From a virus (lineage: Duplodnaviria > Caudoviricetes), in the IMG/VR virus record IMGVR_UViG_3300025829_000001, positions 1 to 63,704 of that record: a DNA stretch of 63,704 nucleotides, one strand, 5' to 3'. Both the position numbers and the translations under genes were made by a program. Below the pieces are notes generated by a model. The model saw nothing but the letters and a program-made list of their open reading frames with translations. It did not search any database and had not been told where the DNA came from. Positions 36,504 through 45,623 of the stretch are shown here, one piece after another; within the stretch, counting starts at the first letter, position 1, and each line of letters starts with the position of its first letter.

Positions 36504-38713
36504 AATTTTCCATCATCATCCCAGCGTATAACGCTGCTGAAACGATCGAAACTTGCCTGCGCAGCTGCGCCTTTGAACCGGACACCGAGGTCGTTGTCTC
36601 GGTAGAGGACAACTGTACGGACGGCACCTGGGACGTTATCCAGGCATTAAGCTTTCCTTCTGTTACTCATATGATGGAGCGTTGGCCAAACCACGAACGC
36701 AAATACCAACCTCATGGCCCAGGCGTTATGCGCAATGCTGCGTTGAACGTGGCCAGAGGCGACTGGATCATCTTCTTGGACGCTGACGATCAGCTGGCTC
36801 CTGGTGCCTTGCAGAAGTTGAGCGATTTCATCAACGCACATCCGGACGTTGACACCATCGGCTACGACTGGGCGTGGGCGCACGACCCGACCGTCAATCA
36901 GCGCAAGGACGGCAAGTATCTGTCACTGAAAAAGAACGCGATGCTGAAGGAATATCTTAGTCTGCACATGGATGGTAGCGTGATCTTTACGGCGATACGG
37001 AACGAGTTTCTTCGTTTTCGCGGCGGGTTGCACGAAGATGTGCCTTTTCTGTTCAACGTGTATCAATTGGCACATAAGGTTGCATATCTGCCTGAAATTC
37101 TTTATTACAAGACAAATTGGCCTGATTCAATCGTCAATACTATTTCACAAGCGCATATCGATGGTTTTATCGCCGCTTGGGGAGAAATAGGCCGTCACGT
37201 TCAGGGAACAGATTTATGGCAGGACTACGAGATCGGGATCATCGGGGTAGTCGCGACGCGGGTGCGAGAGATTTACCGTAAGGCTGAGAATAAAAATTTG
37301 TTGTATCAGCACTTTTTCAATGTTCTGCCTGTCGACTGGAAACGCATCTGTGCTGAAAGCACGCTCGACACTCAATACGCAAAAATCGCCAAGCTATTCG
37401 CCAATGGCAATCCAGCGATAAATTTGGTCAGCGGTGTTGATGTTACCTTATTCAAAAAGACCTGGAGCTGCGTCGATCTGCAAGGCAGCCTGTTCCTGGC
37501 GCCAGGAGAGGTGAGGACATGCTGTAAACGGTTTTTTGTAGACTGTGAGATCAGGGGTGACGTGAAGTTGGTGGACGCGGAGCACGTCTCTGTCGAGAAC
37601 ATTCTGGCAGCCAAGCAGGAGTTGATCGACGGCATCAACAAGGGCGAGCCAACTCCCTGTTCCGGATGTCCATTCATGGAATTTAAGGAATGGGAACCTG
37701 TCTCGCCGCTCAAGATCAAATACCTCTCGTTGGAACACCATTCGGTGTGCAACATGCGCTGCAGTTACTGCGATGATACATACTACGGCGGGAAGCAGGC
37801 GGAGTATGACGTCACTACGTTAATAAATGAACTGCTGAACGACGGTGCTGACATGAAGCCTATCTGGGATGGCAAGAAACAGCTAAGTCACACCAACCTG
37901 CTTGGTGCGTTAGAGGGCTGTAGGACCATCGTTTGGGGCGGAGGTGAGCCAACGGTAGGCAAAGACTTTGAAAAGCTCGCTACGGCGCTTAAAATAGCGT
38001 TACCGCTGGTGAAGCAGCGCATCCTCACCAACGCTTTGAAGTATTCTCCACTAGTCCAGAAGCTTTTGAATGATGATACGGCAACGATCGTCACTTCCGT
38101 CGATGCGGGCACGCAGGAGACCTTCACCAAGGTGCGCGGCATGGGCAAGTTGGAAACTGTGCTGAAGAATCTTCAAAGTTATGCGTATGACAACCCACAG
38201 GCTGTGACCATCAAATACATCCTGACCGAGGACAATTATGCTCGCGCAGAGATTGAAGCTTACGTTGATTTGATTGAAGAATACCAGCTTACGAGGTGCA
38301 ATTTCCAGATCAGTTGTGATTTCAAGCAATCTGTGGCCACCGTTGGGCAGGCCAGAGCTGCATTGCGCCTACATTACGGGTTAAGACTTTATTGCAAGGT
38401 CATCTTCTTTGACGATCTGCTGATGCAGCGCTTGGTTGAAACGGACACCATAAGCATGTCCGGCATCGAATCGCCGGATGACTACCCTGACGGCATTGTG
38501 CTGTTCGGCACGGGCGCGATGACCGACTGGATGCTGGAGCATTCGATGTTTTTGACGCATGTCAAGATCGTGGCGCGTGAACACGTTCTATTCATTGGCA
38601 TTCAAGAACTGCCCGTGCTGATCACAGGCTCGCAGAGTTATCCGGAGACCTACCGTCGAGCGCTGGCGATGGGTGTGCCAGAAGAATTGATCATTCGAGG
38701 AGTAGTGTTATGA
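36500..38713 (+). CDS. GT2 glycosyltransferase fused to a radical SAM domain
   Basis: N-terminal SIIIPAYN, RN.AL..ARGDW, FLDADD and HED; later CNMRCSYC, GGGEPT, TNA and SVDAG; additional Cys cluster (CVD..TCC..CSGC). Confidence 0.9.
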   Translation: MKFSIIIPAYNAAETIETCLRSCAFEPDTEVVVSVEDNCTDGTWDVIQALSFPSVTHMMERWPNHERKYQPHGPGVMRNAALNVARGDWIIFLDADDQLAPGALQKLSDFINAHPDVDTIGYDWAWAHDPTVNQRKDGKYLSLKKNAMLKEYLSLHMDGSVIFTAIRNEFLRFRGGLHEDVPFLFNVYQLAHKVAYLPEILYYKTNWPDSIVNTISQAHIDGFIAAWGEIGRHVQGTDLWQDYEIGIIGVVATRVREIYRKAENKNLLYQHFFNVLPVDWKRICAESTLDTQYAKIAKLFANGNPAINLVSGVDVTLFKKTWSCVDLQGSLFLAPGEVRTCCKRFFVDCEIRGDVKLVDAEHVSVENILAAKQELIDGINKGEPTPCSGCPFMEFKEWEPVSPLKIKYLSLEHHSVCNMRCSYCDDTYYGGKQAEYDVTTLINELLNDGADMKPIWDGKKQLSHTNLLGALEGCRTIVWGGGEPTVGKDFEKLATALKIALPLVKQRILTNALKYSPLVQKLLNDDTATIVTSVDAGTQETFTKVRGMGKLETVLKNLQSYAYDNPQAVTIKYILTEDNYARAEIEAYVDLIEEYQLTRCNFQISCDFKQSVATVGQARAALRLHYGLRLYCKVIFFDDLLMQRLVETDTISMSGIESPDDYPDGIVLFGTGAMTDWMLEHSMFLTHVKIVAREHVLFIGIQELPVLITGSQSYPETYRRALAMGVPEELIIRGVVL

Positions 38714-39708
38714 CCACGCTGATATTTCCCGCCGTCAATCAGGCCGCTGTGGAGTACATAGAAGCAGCCGAAGAACGTGGCGAAGACATCATCTGCGCAT
38801 CGTCAGACAATCGGCTGAACACGTGGCGGTTGTCCGCTATTCACAACAAAGAGTTTGCTAACGATTTTATCGTGTTTAGAGAGCAGTATGACATCACGCA
38901 TATTTTCTGTCCCGTCGCCAGCGTCCATTCATTTATGCAAAAGTTCATCGCTGATTACGGACTGGACATCCAACTCATCGGCAAGTCGCCCATCCAGCAG
39001 GAACTCGACCGGCACAAAGCGCTGATGAAACGCGCAGCGTTGCTCGCACCAACGGCTAAGCTGCCCGTGATCGAGGTCGCTAGCATTCTGCGCCAGGCGT
39101 TTAACATCTATGGAGAATCGAACGATGAGAAGTTGGCAGCGATGATGGGCATCTTCGCAGACATGCCAAATGGGGACGTGGTGGAGATCGGGTGTCTTGC
39201 TGGGCGGTCGGCGTTTGTGCTGATGTGGCTGGCTGGCCGGTATAGCATCGGCGCACAACTAACAGTCGATCCGTGGTCGGCGGCGGAAGGCGCACAAAAA
39301 GATTCGCCTCCGCTGCTGACAGAAATGTCGAACGCGTGGGACTGGGACGCCTTGGCGGAGATTTTCTATGTCAACACGTTCTGTTTTATGCGTCATGCCC
39401 ACTTACGTTTGGCGTCAGAAGACGCATACGATCGATACTTAACTTCACCGATGCTTTCGCATATTCAATTTGCCAAGAGCATCGCGGTCATCCACATCGA
39501 CGGCAATCATGACTACGCCAGCGTCAAGCAAGATTGTGATCTGTGGTTGACACGAATGGCGCCGGGCGGTTGGCTGATACTGGACGACTACGTGTGGGTG
39601 CACGGCGACGGGCCATGCCGGGCAGGGGATGAGTTGCTGCTGGAAAAAGCCGACAGCATCGCGCAGCACTTCGAGTGCGGCAAGGCGCTGTTCGTGCAGT
39701 TTAAATAG
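38710..39708 (+). CDS. Class I SAM-dependent O-methyltransferase (Methyltransf_24-like)
   Basis: VVEIGCLAGRS, HIDGNHDY and GGWLILDDY motifs. Confidence 0.88.
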   Translation: MTTLIFPAVNQAAVEYIEAAEERGEDIICASSDNRLNTWRLSAIHNKEFANDFIVFREQYDITHIFCPVASVHSFMQKFIADYGLDIQLIGKSPIQQELDRHKALMKRAALLAPTAKLPVIEVASILRQAFNIYGESNDEKLAAMMGIFADMPNGDVVEIGCLAGRSAFVLMWLAGRYSIGAQLTVDPWSAAEGAQKDSPPLLTEMSNAWDWDALAEIFYVNTFCFMRHAHLRLASEDAYDRYLTSPMLSHIQFAKSIAVIHIDGNHDYASVKQDCDLWLTRMAPGGWLILDDYVWVHGDGPCRAGDELLLEKADSIAQHFECGKALFVQFK

Positions 39709-39717
39709 GAGATCGAT

Positions 39718-40125
39718 ATGACTGACTTATGCGACAGACTACTTCAAGCAAAGATTGCAGAGCTTGAGCGCGAGAGGGATGAGTTATTGGCTGCCGCAGA
39801 GGCAAGGATACAGGAGCCTGGAAGTTGGATATGTTGGTTAATTGAACGCAACTCGATGTTTGGTGTTGAATGGTTCGCTGGTGAGTGTGGATGGGTTAAA
39901 GAGGCAATTAACGCAATAAAGTTTCCAGACAAAGAAACTGCTATATGGGTGCATACCAAATTTTATTGGTTAAGAGAAAATCCTAGTTTTCCTTATATTC
40001 TCCAAGGTGGCGGAGATTGGGAATATACCCACACAATAACAGAGCATATGTTCATTTCTACCACCAACAACGACGCACCCCTTAATCCTGCAATTCTTGA
40101 AATTGGAGTAAGAACCCATGAGTGA
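39718..40125 (+). CDS. Hypothetical protein
   Basis: AGGAG RBS; N-terminal coiled coil. Confidence 0.65.
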   Translation: MTDLCDRLLQAKIAELERERDELLAAAEARIQEPGSWICWLIERNSMFGVEWFAGECGWVKEAINAIKFPDKETAIWVHTKFYWLRENPSFPYILQGGGDWEYTHTITEHMFISTTNNDAPLNPAILEIGVRTHE

Positions 40126-40453
40126 TTACACAGAATTTCGTGGGAAATGCAAAGAATTATCAGAAGAGGCTATCGCACAAGACCCAACTCTCATATTGGT
40201 TAGAGGCCATTATCATTGTCCTGTTTGGGGTGAGCAGCCGCATTGGTGGACAGTTAAACCAGACGGAACGATATTTGACCCGTCTGCCAGACAATTTCCA
40301 TCGAAAGGAATTGGACGGTATATCGAGTTTGATGGGGGCCTCGCTTGCTCTAATTGTGGAAAAGAGATGAAAGAAACCGACGAAGTTGCTCAATTTGAAA
40401 GTAATTATGCTTTTTGCTCAACGCCATGTCATATGAGGTTTGTTGGATTATGA
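40118..40453 (+). CDS. Hypothetical Cys/His-rich protein
   Basis: HWW motif and a C-terminal CxxC...CxxxC zinc-binding pattern. Confidence 0.68.
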   Translation: MSDYTEFRGKCKELSEEAIAQDPTLILVRGHYHCPVWGEQPHWWTVKPDGTIFDPSARQFPSKGIGRYIEFDGGLACSNCGKEMKETDEVAQFESNYAFCSTPCHMRFVGL

Positions 40454-40674
40454 GAAATTTAAAAAGTTATACCCCACTAGCTTCTGCTGAATATGAAACA
40501 AAAATAGAAGTCTTAATGCAACAGCGTGACGAAGCCAACAGCGAAAATACTCGCCTGCGCCTGCGTGTCGAACAGCTGCGGGGTCTGTGCAAATCAGCCG
40601 TAGGTATGCTGAAGGACGATTACCCGATGATGGCCGAGGAAATATACGAGCAAATTGGAGATATGGAAATATGA
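40450..40674 (+). CDS. Hypothetical coiled-coil protein
   Basis: ATGA-coupled to neighbours. Confidence 0.55.
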   Translation: MRNLKSYTPLASAEYETKIEVLMQQRDEANSENTRLRLRVEQLRGLCKSAVGMLKDDYPMMAEEIYEQIGDMEI

Positions 40675-40931
40675 AACATGTACGAATATTTGAACTAGCT
40701 AAGGAAGCAGGGTTAGATACCTACAAGCAGGATGTCGCCATTGAGCGCTTCGCCCAAGCAGTCGCAGCCGAGTGTGTACCTAACCTCGCCGCGGAATGTA
40801 GTAAGGAATCTGAAAGGTTGAGGTATTGTTACGAAAGAGCAATGGCCTCCCTCATTGTCCCTATGATGACCCATGAAGAATGGATTATTGCTATTGATGC
40901 GGTCATAGACTGCGAAAGGAGTAAGCCATGA
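40671..40931 (+). CDS. Hypothetical protein
   Basis: ELAKEAG...IERFAQAV motif; GGAG RBS. Confidence 0.6.
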   Translation: MKHVRIFELAKEAGLDTYKQDVAIERFAQAVAAECVPNLAAECSKESERLRYCYERAMASLIVPMMTHEEWIIAIDAVIDCERSKP

Positions 40932-41164
40932 ATGATGTAATGTTTGAGCAGTGGTATGCAAAGACGTATGGGCTGGATTCTCCGCCACATCGTGAAAGCT
41001 GTAGAAACGCATGGAAATTCGCCCTGGCATATCAAGCCGAGCACGAGAAGAAGTTGGTGGAATTCACAATTTCCGAAACTCTAACCATCATCGGACAGAC
41101 AGACAAGCCTAACATTTCACCGGCTGCCATTATCGCTGCGTTTCACTTGTCAGCAATCAACTAA
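40928..41164 (+). CDS. Hypothetical protein
   Basis: AGGAG RBS; ATGA overlap. Confidence 0.6.
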   Translation: MNDVMFEQWYAKTYGLDSPPHRESCRNAWKFALAYQAEHEKKLVEFTISETLTIIGQTDKPNISPAAIIAAFHLSAIN

Positions 41165-41175
41165 GGAGCACCACC

Positions 41176-41646
41176 ATGTTTAAAACCAAAGTAATCTCAT
41201 TAATAATCTTGACGGCTTTCGCAGGCAGTGCAAATGCGACCGTAGTGCCTGCCGGATCTAATACCAACATGGTTACTGGAATTAGTATAAGCGAGACTAG
41301 CAGCCAGCAGCAGCAAAATGCTACGGTGAACAACGGTGGAAATTCACAAGCTGTTACTGTAGCAGCACCAGGATCGTATCGCCCGGCTGTTGATTCAGCT
41401 TATGCCCCGACGATTTTCCCAACAGCACCTTGTATGGGTTCATCGTCAATGGGCGTGTCTGGATCCTTGATCGGCCTTTCATTAGGCTCATCTTGGACAT
41501 CAGAAGAGTGCCTAATTCTTGAAACTGCTCGTGGCTTTGACCAAGCTGGCTATGTAGAAGACGGCTTGAACGTCCGCTGCCAAGCCAAGTATGCAAAGGT
41601 TGCACCTTCTTGCAAGGCTTTGCTACATAAAGAAGAAACTAAATGA
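41176..41646 (+). CDS. Exported protein with signal peptide and four cysteines
   Basis: MFKTKVISLIILTAFAGSANA signal peptide; AAGGAG RBS. Confidence 0.75.
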   Translation: MFKTKVISLIILTAFAGSANATVVPAGSNTNMVTGISISETSSQQQQNATVNNGGNSQAVTVAAPGSYRPAVDSAYAPTIFPTAPCMGSSSMGVSGSLIGLSLGSSWTSEECLILETARGFDQAGYVEDGLNVRCQAKYAKVAPSCKALLHKEETK

Positions 41647-41656
41647 TTGACTGTTG

Positions 41657-42097
41657 CTAAACGGTGCCGTAGTGACTCGCCCCGCCGACGCGCACTGCAT
41701 AATAAATTGCCTCGCGCTCTGACTTGGCTTCTGCATCAATTATTGCCGCAATAAGTCTAGGTTCAGTAGATGGAATATAAGTCGCCATCATCCCCTCAAG
41801 TAAAATCTTGTCTGAGATGTCACGCGGCAATACGGCTCTGTTGTAATTGTCATCATGCGTCACGAACGGACCTTGCGACATATCACTGATTCGGTCATAG
41901 ATAACAGGTATTTGCATTACCGAGGCCAGGTCAGTGATGAATCCCTTTTTTGTCGTGACGTTATTCTTCAGTAAATCTGATTGATAGATCAGATCAACTA
42001 GCAATAAATAAAGATGCCTACCATCCCTATTTTTTAAAGGGCAGCCGTTAACATCAAGCAGGTACTCAAGATGAGGCTGATTGATGTAATGGCTCAT
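41657..42097 (-). CDS. DUF1353-like protein
   Basis: GFITDLAS, HDD.Y and YYAVRVGG motifs. Confidence 0.78.
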   Translation of the reverse strand: MSHYINQPHLEYLLDVNGCPLKNRDGRHLYLLLVDLIYQSDLLKNNVTTKKGFITDLASVMQIPVIYDRISDMSQGPFVTHDDNYNRAVLPRDISDKILLEGMMATYIPSTEPRLIAAIIDAEAKSEREAIYYAVRVGGASHYGTV

Positions 42098-42549
42098 GGC
42101 GCAGGGATGACGGGTGCTGGAGCGTTAAGTTTTTGAACGCCCAGGACAACACCAGCGCCTAACGCAGCAGCGCTGATCCCAGGCGAAGCCAGCGCAGCGC
42201 CGGCCATCGGTGCTAGGGCAGGCAATAGCGGAGCTAGAACAGCCGCAACAGCAGCTTTAGTGGCCTCGACCACGGCACTTTTGAAGGCGTCGGCGGCAAT
42301 TTCCTGACCCTTGAAAGCGGCTACCCCCTGTTCCTTCAGATCAACAGTGTAATCGTCACCTGACTTGACGACATGAGCTTCAAGATTGGCGATCTCTTTT
42401 CCATTTCGGATGCTGACTGTACAGCAAACGGGGGTTCCGTCTTTAGTCTCGTATGGTTTCACGTCATAGCTGGCATTTCCTGCATATTGCAACGAAGCGC
42501 AGCCGGTGAGTAAGCATATTGCCAATGCCAGCAAAATGGTCAGTTTCAT
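42094..42549 (-). CDS. Lipoprotein with hydrophobic C-terminus (possible spanin)
   Basis: Lipobox LLTGC; located in the lysis cassette; long apolar C-terminal segment. Confidence 0.7.
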   Translation of the reverse strand: MKLTILLALAICLLTGCASLQYAGNASYDVKPYETKDGTPVCCTVSIRNGKEIANLEAHVVKSGDDYTVDLKEQGVAAFKGQEIAADAFKSAVVEATKAAVAAVLAPLLPALAPMAGAALASPGISAAALGAGVVLGVQKLNAPAPVIPAP

Positions 42550-42737
42550 GGTTTATCTCCTCTAAGAAACTTCAGGAAAATTAGGCAAATTAGGCGGACA
42601 GAGGCGGAGATAAATATGGCAATAAATCGTCTCAGCAAGCCATACTCTTAAAGTATTGCAATAGACCATCCTGAACGGTACTTTATAGCCTAAATTCTTG
42701 CTATAAAATGGGAATGATGTTTTTTCTGGTGGCATAT

Positions 42738-43088
42738 TCATGTTAAATCTCCTTCTATGGTTGGTGGATTAGGTGGTTCATTATTTAGTGGTGTGGGTGC
42801 CACAGTTGCTGCTAGATTGGATATTGTTTCGTTCTTTACCTTGTCGGCATTGCTAGAACCAAAATAATATGTGATGACCGCCGTAAATCCACCGACCAGA
42901 ATCATGGTAATTACCGCGCCCTTCATCTGATCTGAGAATCCGCTGCCGCCGATGTGGAGTGTGAAACCGTTTTTAAGGGTAATAGCGAATACCGGGTCGA
43001 TCAGCACCAGCAACGCGCCGATGATCCCGGCACTCACCAAAATGAGAGCTAACTTGTCATTAAAACTTCTATCGCGTCTATCTATCAT
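42738..43088 (-). CDS. Holin-like membrane protein
   Basis: Two transmembrane segments followed by YYFGSS. Confidence 0.7.
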   Translation of the reverse strand: MIDRRDRSFNDKLALILVSAGIIGALLVLIDPVFAITLKNGFTLHIGGSGFSDQMKGAVITMILVGGFTAVITYYFGSSNADKVKNETISNLAATVAPTPLNNEPPNPPTIEGDLT

Positions 43089-43345
43089 TTGTCATCCATC
43101 CCATTCTGATATTCATGTAACGCATAAGTAACAGCACCGAGCATGATGTAAGGATTGCAGGCAGCATCGGCGGTTTGGCTATCATTCCAAGCCGATAGCG
43201 CCACGCCATCGATTGTGACGCCCACAAAAAATACTGCTTGTATCTCGCCGGACTTTGCACGCTCGAGTGCATTCTCTAAAAGTTCGATAATTCCTTGAAC
43301 TGGATTAGTCTCAGGCTGCTTGGCAGGGAATGAGAGGAGTTTCAT
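43085..43345 (-). CDS. Hypothetical protein
   Basis: LE.ALERAKSGEIQ motif; translationally coupled. Confidence 0.65.
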   Translation of the reverse strand: MKLLSFPAKQPETNPVQGIIELLENALERAKSGEIQAVFFVGVTIDGVALSAWNDSQTADAACNPYIMLGAVTYALHEYQNGMDDK

Positions 43346-43830
43346 CAGCAGCCTTTCGGATCAACATATTTGCTGTATGAGGTTATCCAGTTGTACGAGA
43401 GTTCGTCCTGACCTTGTTGAATGCTCAACTTCTGTGAACAGATCAGGCCGTGGATGACATTCTCCAGATGATCTTTTTTCTCGGCGCCACACGCTGCACC
43501 GTAATGTTCCGGCCAAAGATTTTTAACGTCATCGGCGCCCCCATTTTCCCTAGAGATCAGATGATCGACTTCGCATCCTCTTGGAGACTGAGCGCACTCA
43601 CCAACCCTGTTTTTAAGACCGTAGGCTGCATAAACCTGATTCTTCATGGCTTCGGTCACTGCGCGATGATCTTTCCCCCACTTCGTCGCACAAATCGTTT
43701 CCAGCGATAGGCCGCGGGATACGCCTGGCGTGAGTGCCGGATTTGGCACATCAGAGGCATACGCAAGGGCTATATAGCCTCCAAGCAACAGCCCGATAGC
43801 CAGATAAAGCAAGTTACGTAAAATGCTCAT
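43345..43830 (-). CDS. Exported or membrane-anchored HNH-like nuclease
   Basis: N-terminal signal or anchor; EVDHLISRENGGADDVKNLWP motif. Confidence 0.72.
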   Translation of the reverse strand: MSILRNLLYLAIGLLLGGYIALAYASDVPNPALTPGVSRGLSLETICATKWGKDHRAVTEAMKNQVYAAYGLKNRVGECAQSPRGCEVDHLISRENGGADDVKNLWPEHYGAACGAEKKDHLENVIHGLICSQKLSIQQGQDELSYNWITSYSKYVDPKGC

Positions 43831-44282
43831 GCGATTACTCCTCCGAATTTTACGAAGACGCCAAGTAAGTCAGGCAATTTATTGTGGAATTGATTAAGGT
43901 AATTCTCGCTGGGCAGGGAAGCCCAAATCCTAGAACATTTATGCACGGCTATTCCTATATCACCATTCGCAATATCAGCTAATGCGTGACACTCTTTAAT
44001 CTGCTCCATTGCGATGATGTCTTGATTCTCTGGCGAGAAATCCGGCAAATGCATCTGTTTGGAATAGAAGTCGTAATAGCGCTCGAGAAGTTGGTAACGG
44101 CCGGCAGCAGTCGAGTAGTCTTTAATGCGCTCAATCCACACCTTCTGCCTCGGATGATCTGCGTAGGAATGGAATAGAGTGCCACCAACGAGTACGTTAT
44201 ATCCATCGTCAGATCCCGCTATAGTCGAGGTTCCTTCTGACCATGCAATCATGGAAAGGAAGGCTTTTTGTCCGGGCGTCAT
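43827..44282 (-). CDS. Endolysin, lambda R-like lytic transglycosylase
   Basis: AFL.MIAWSEGT, DDGYNVLVGG, STAAGRYQ, DFSP..QD and WASLP motifs. Confidence 0.93.
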   Translation of the reverse strand: MTPGQKAFLSMIAWSEGTSTIAGSDDGYNVLVGGTLFHSYADHPRQKVWIERIKDYSTAAGRYQLLERYYDFYSKQMHLPDFSPENQDIIAMEQIKECHALADIANGDIGIAVHKCSRIWASLPSENYLNQFHNKLPDLLGVFVKFGGVIA

Positions 44283-44644
44283 ATGATTAGTCCAATAATG
44301 AGTTTTATAATCCACGTCAGCAACAGGCTTACACCGATCAACCACGGCACACAGAACGACAATAACGCCCAATCAACCAAGCCTTTAACTGGTGGGGATT
44401 TTGTATGTCCTACGGTAAAATAGACATATCCCCCAAATACCCATCTCCACCAGACCGGATTTTTAGTCTCATTGGTAAAATGGGTTACGGCTAAATCTTC
44501 CGGCAGAGTATCTGCGTGCATCATGTGCGGGTAAGGGCCAGCCCATGAACGTCTTAGTATCAGATATCCACCGCAAGTCACCCATCTATGCACCGCATAA
44601 AACCAGCAATTAGAGATGCGCAGTCTGGCGCGTTTTTCAATCAT
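44279..44644 (-). CDS. Hypothetical membrane protein
   Basis: C-terminal hydrophobic helix; ATGA coupling. Confidence 0.62.
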   Translation of the reverse strand: MIEKRARLRISNCWFYAVHRWVTCGGYLILRRSWAGPYPHMMHADTLPEDLAVTHFTNETKNPVWWRWVFGGYVYFTVGHTKSPPVKGLVDWALLSFCVPWLIGVSLLLTWIIKLIIGLII

Positions 44645-45231
44645 TCCGGGTCCTGACGCCGACTGCCTGTGGCCCTAGAGTCGCCTATATTCAAAAACCA
44701 ATTAAAAACCTGGCTTTCATGCTTCTGGTTTCTCTCAGCCATGTCAAGGTAGTACTCTCCCTTGAGACAGCTTATGCAGTTCAGCAAAACCGTTTCCCCG
44801 TCCTCTCCACGTCTCTTGAGGAATTCTTCTAATGCCAGCAGCGTTTCCTCGCCCACCTTACCATCGGCGATGGCATAAGAAAAATACCTGCCTCCTCCAT
44901 TAAAAGCGTTCAGCGAGCGTTGCAACATGATGGATACCGATGATGTCCCTATGTCATGGTCTATCCCCGCCCTGATGACCGCGTACCCGATTTTTTCACT
45001 TAGATGGAAAACCCGGTCGAACCGAGGCACGCTTATATACTCGTTGTAGTAGACGCACTGAGCCAACGCCAAGGTAATATTCTCAATCGGCCCCTTGTAC
45101 CCATGACGTTTAGCGAGACTTAAAGACAGTCCGAAGTTTGGAGTTCCTGTGGCTTCTACAAGGTGTTTGATAATCCCCATCAGTGTTGGAGGTGCTTCTT
45201 CCCCAGTTTTTCTTATCTCGCTTATTGTCAT
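44641..45231 (-). CDS. Degenerate GH108 lysozyme-like protein with peptidoglycan-binding domain
   Basis: LQRSLN, ADGKVG.ETL.AL and LN.L.G.YY C-terminal pattern; the N-terminal EGGY catalytic motif is absent. Confidence 0.7.
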   Translation of the reverse strand: MTISEIRKTGEEAPPTLMGIIKHLVEATGTPNFGLSLSLAKRHGYKGPIENITLALAQCVYYNEYISVPRFDRVFHLSEKIGYAVIRAGIDHDIGTSSVSIMLQRSLNAFNGGGRYFSYAIADGKVGEETLLALEEFLKRRGEDGETVLLNCISCLKGEYYLDMAERNQKHESQVFNWFLNIGDSRATGSRRQDPE

Positions 45232-45623
45232 TGCGCATCACCGTGCCCTGGGATTGATGTGGTTTTGTGGAGCGTGGGAACGCGACTTGCATTGAAATAG
45301 TCACGATTATCATTGCGAATTCCGGCTAGGGTGTCGGCCATGCTTTTCATGGTCACATCCTGGGTGGCCAGGTGAATGTCAATCGTCGCCGCGTGTATTT
45401 CCTGCGCAACAAGTCGTGCAATCATGGCATTAAATTCTATGCTTAACTGGCGTTGCTCTTTTTCTATTGCAGCTGCGCGGTCATCTGAAGCTTTAACAAA
45501 GGTGGCAGCCCACCATGTCCCAGTGAAAAACGTGCTAGTAATTACTAAAGCAGAGGCCAAAAACCAAGTAATCACTCTTCGTTTTACACCGCTCGGTTCG
45601 TCTGTGGCACGTTTAAGTGTCAT
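45228..45623 (-). CDS. Single-TM coiled-coil protein (holin/antiholin-like)
   Basis: RRAxD-like N-terminus, one TM helix and a coiled coil; first gene of the lysis cassette. Confidence 0.6.
   Translation of the reverse strand: MTLKRATDEPSGVKRRVITWFLASALVITSTFFTGTWWAATFVKASDDRAAAIEKEQRQLSIEFNAMIARLVAQEIHAATIDIHLATQDVTMKSMADTLAGIRNDNRDYFNASRVPTLHKTTSIPGHGDAQ

Noticed and set aside
28275-39708. Sugar operon as a serotype-conversion (O-antigen) cassette or host contamination
   Set aside because: No membrane GT, flippase or polymerase is present, the enzymes look cytoplasmic, and they are interleaved with phage-type ORFs in a circular genome. Modification of a host protein is not excluded.
27890-39800. 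Shared ERxRDELLAA segment in two small proteins as a meaningful repeat
   Set aside because: It is a short coiled-coil motif common in small phage proteins, and similarity does not extend beyond it.
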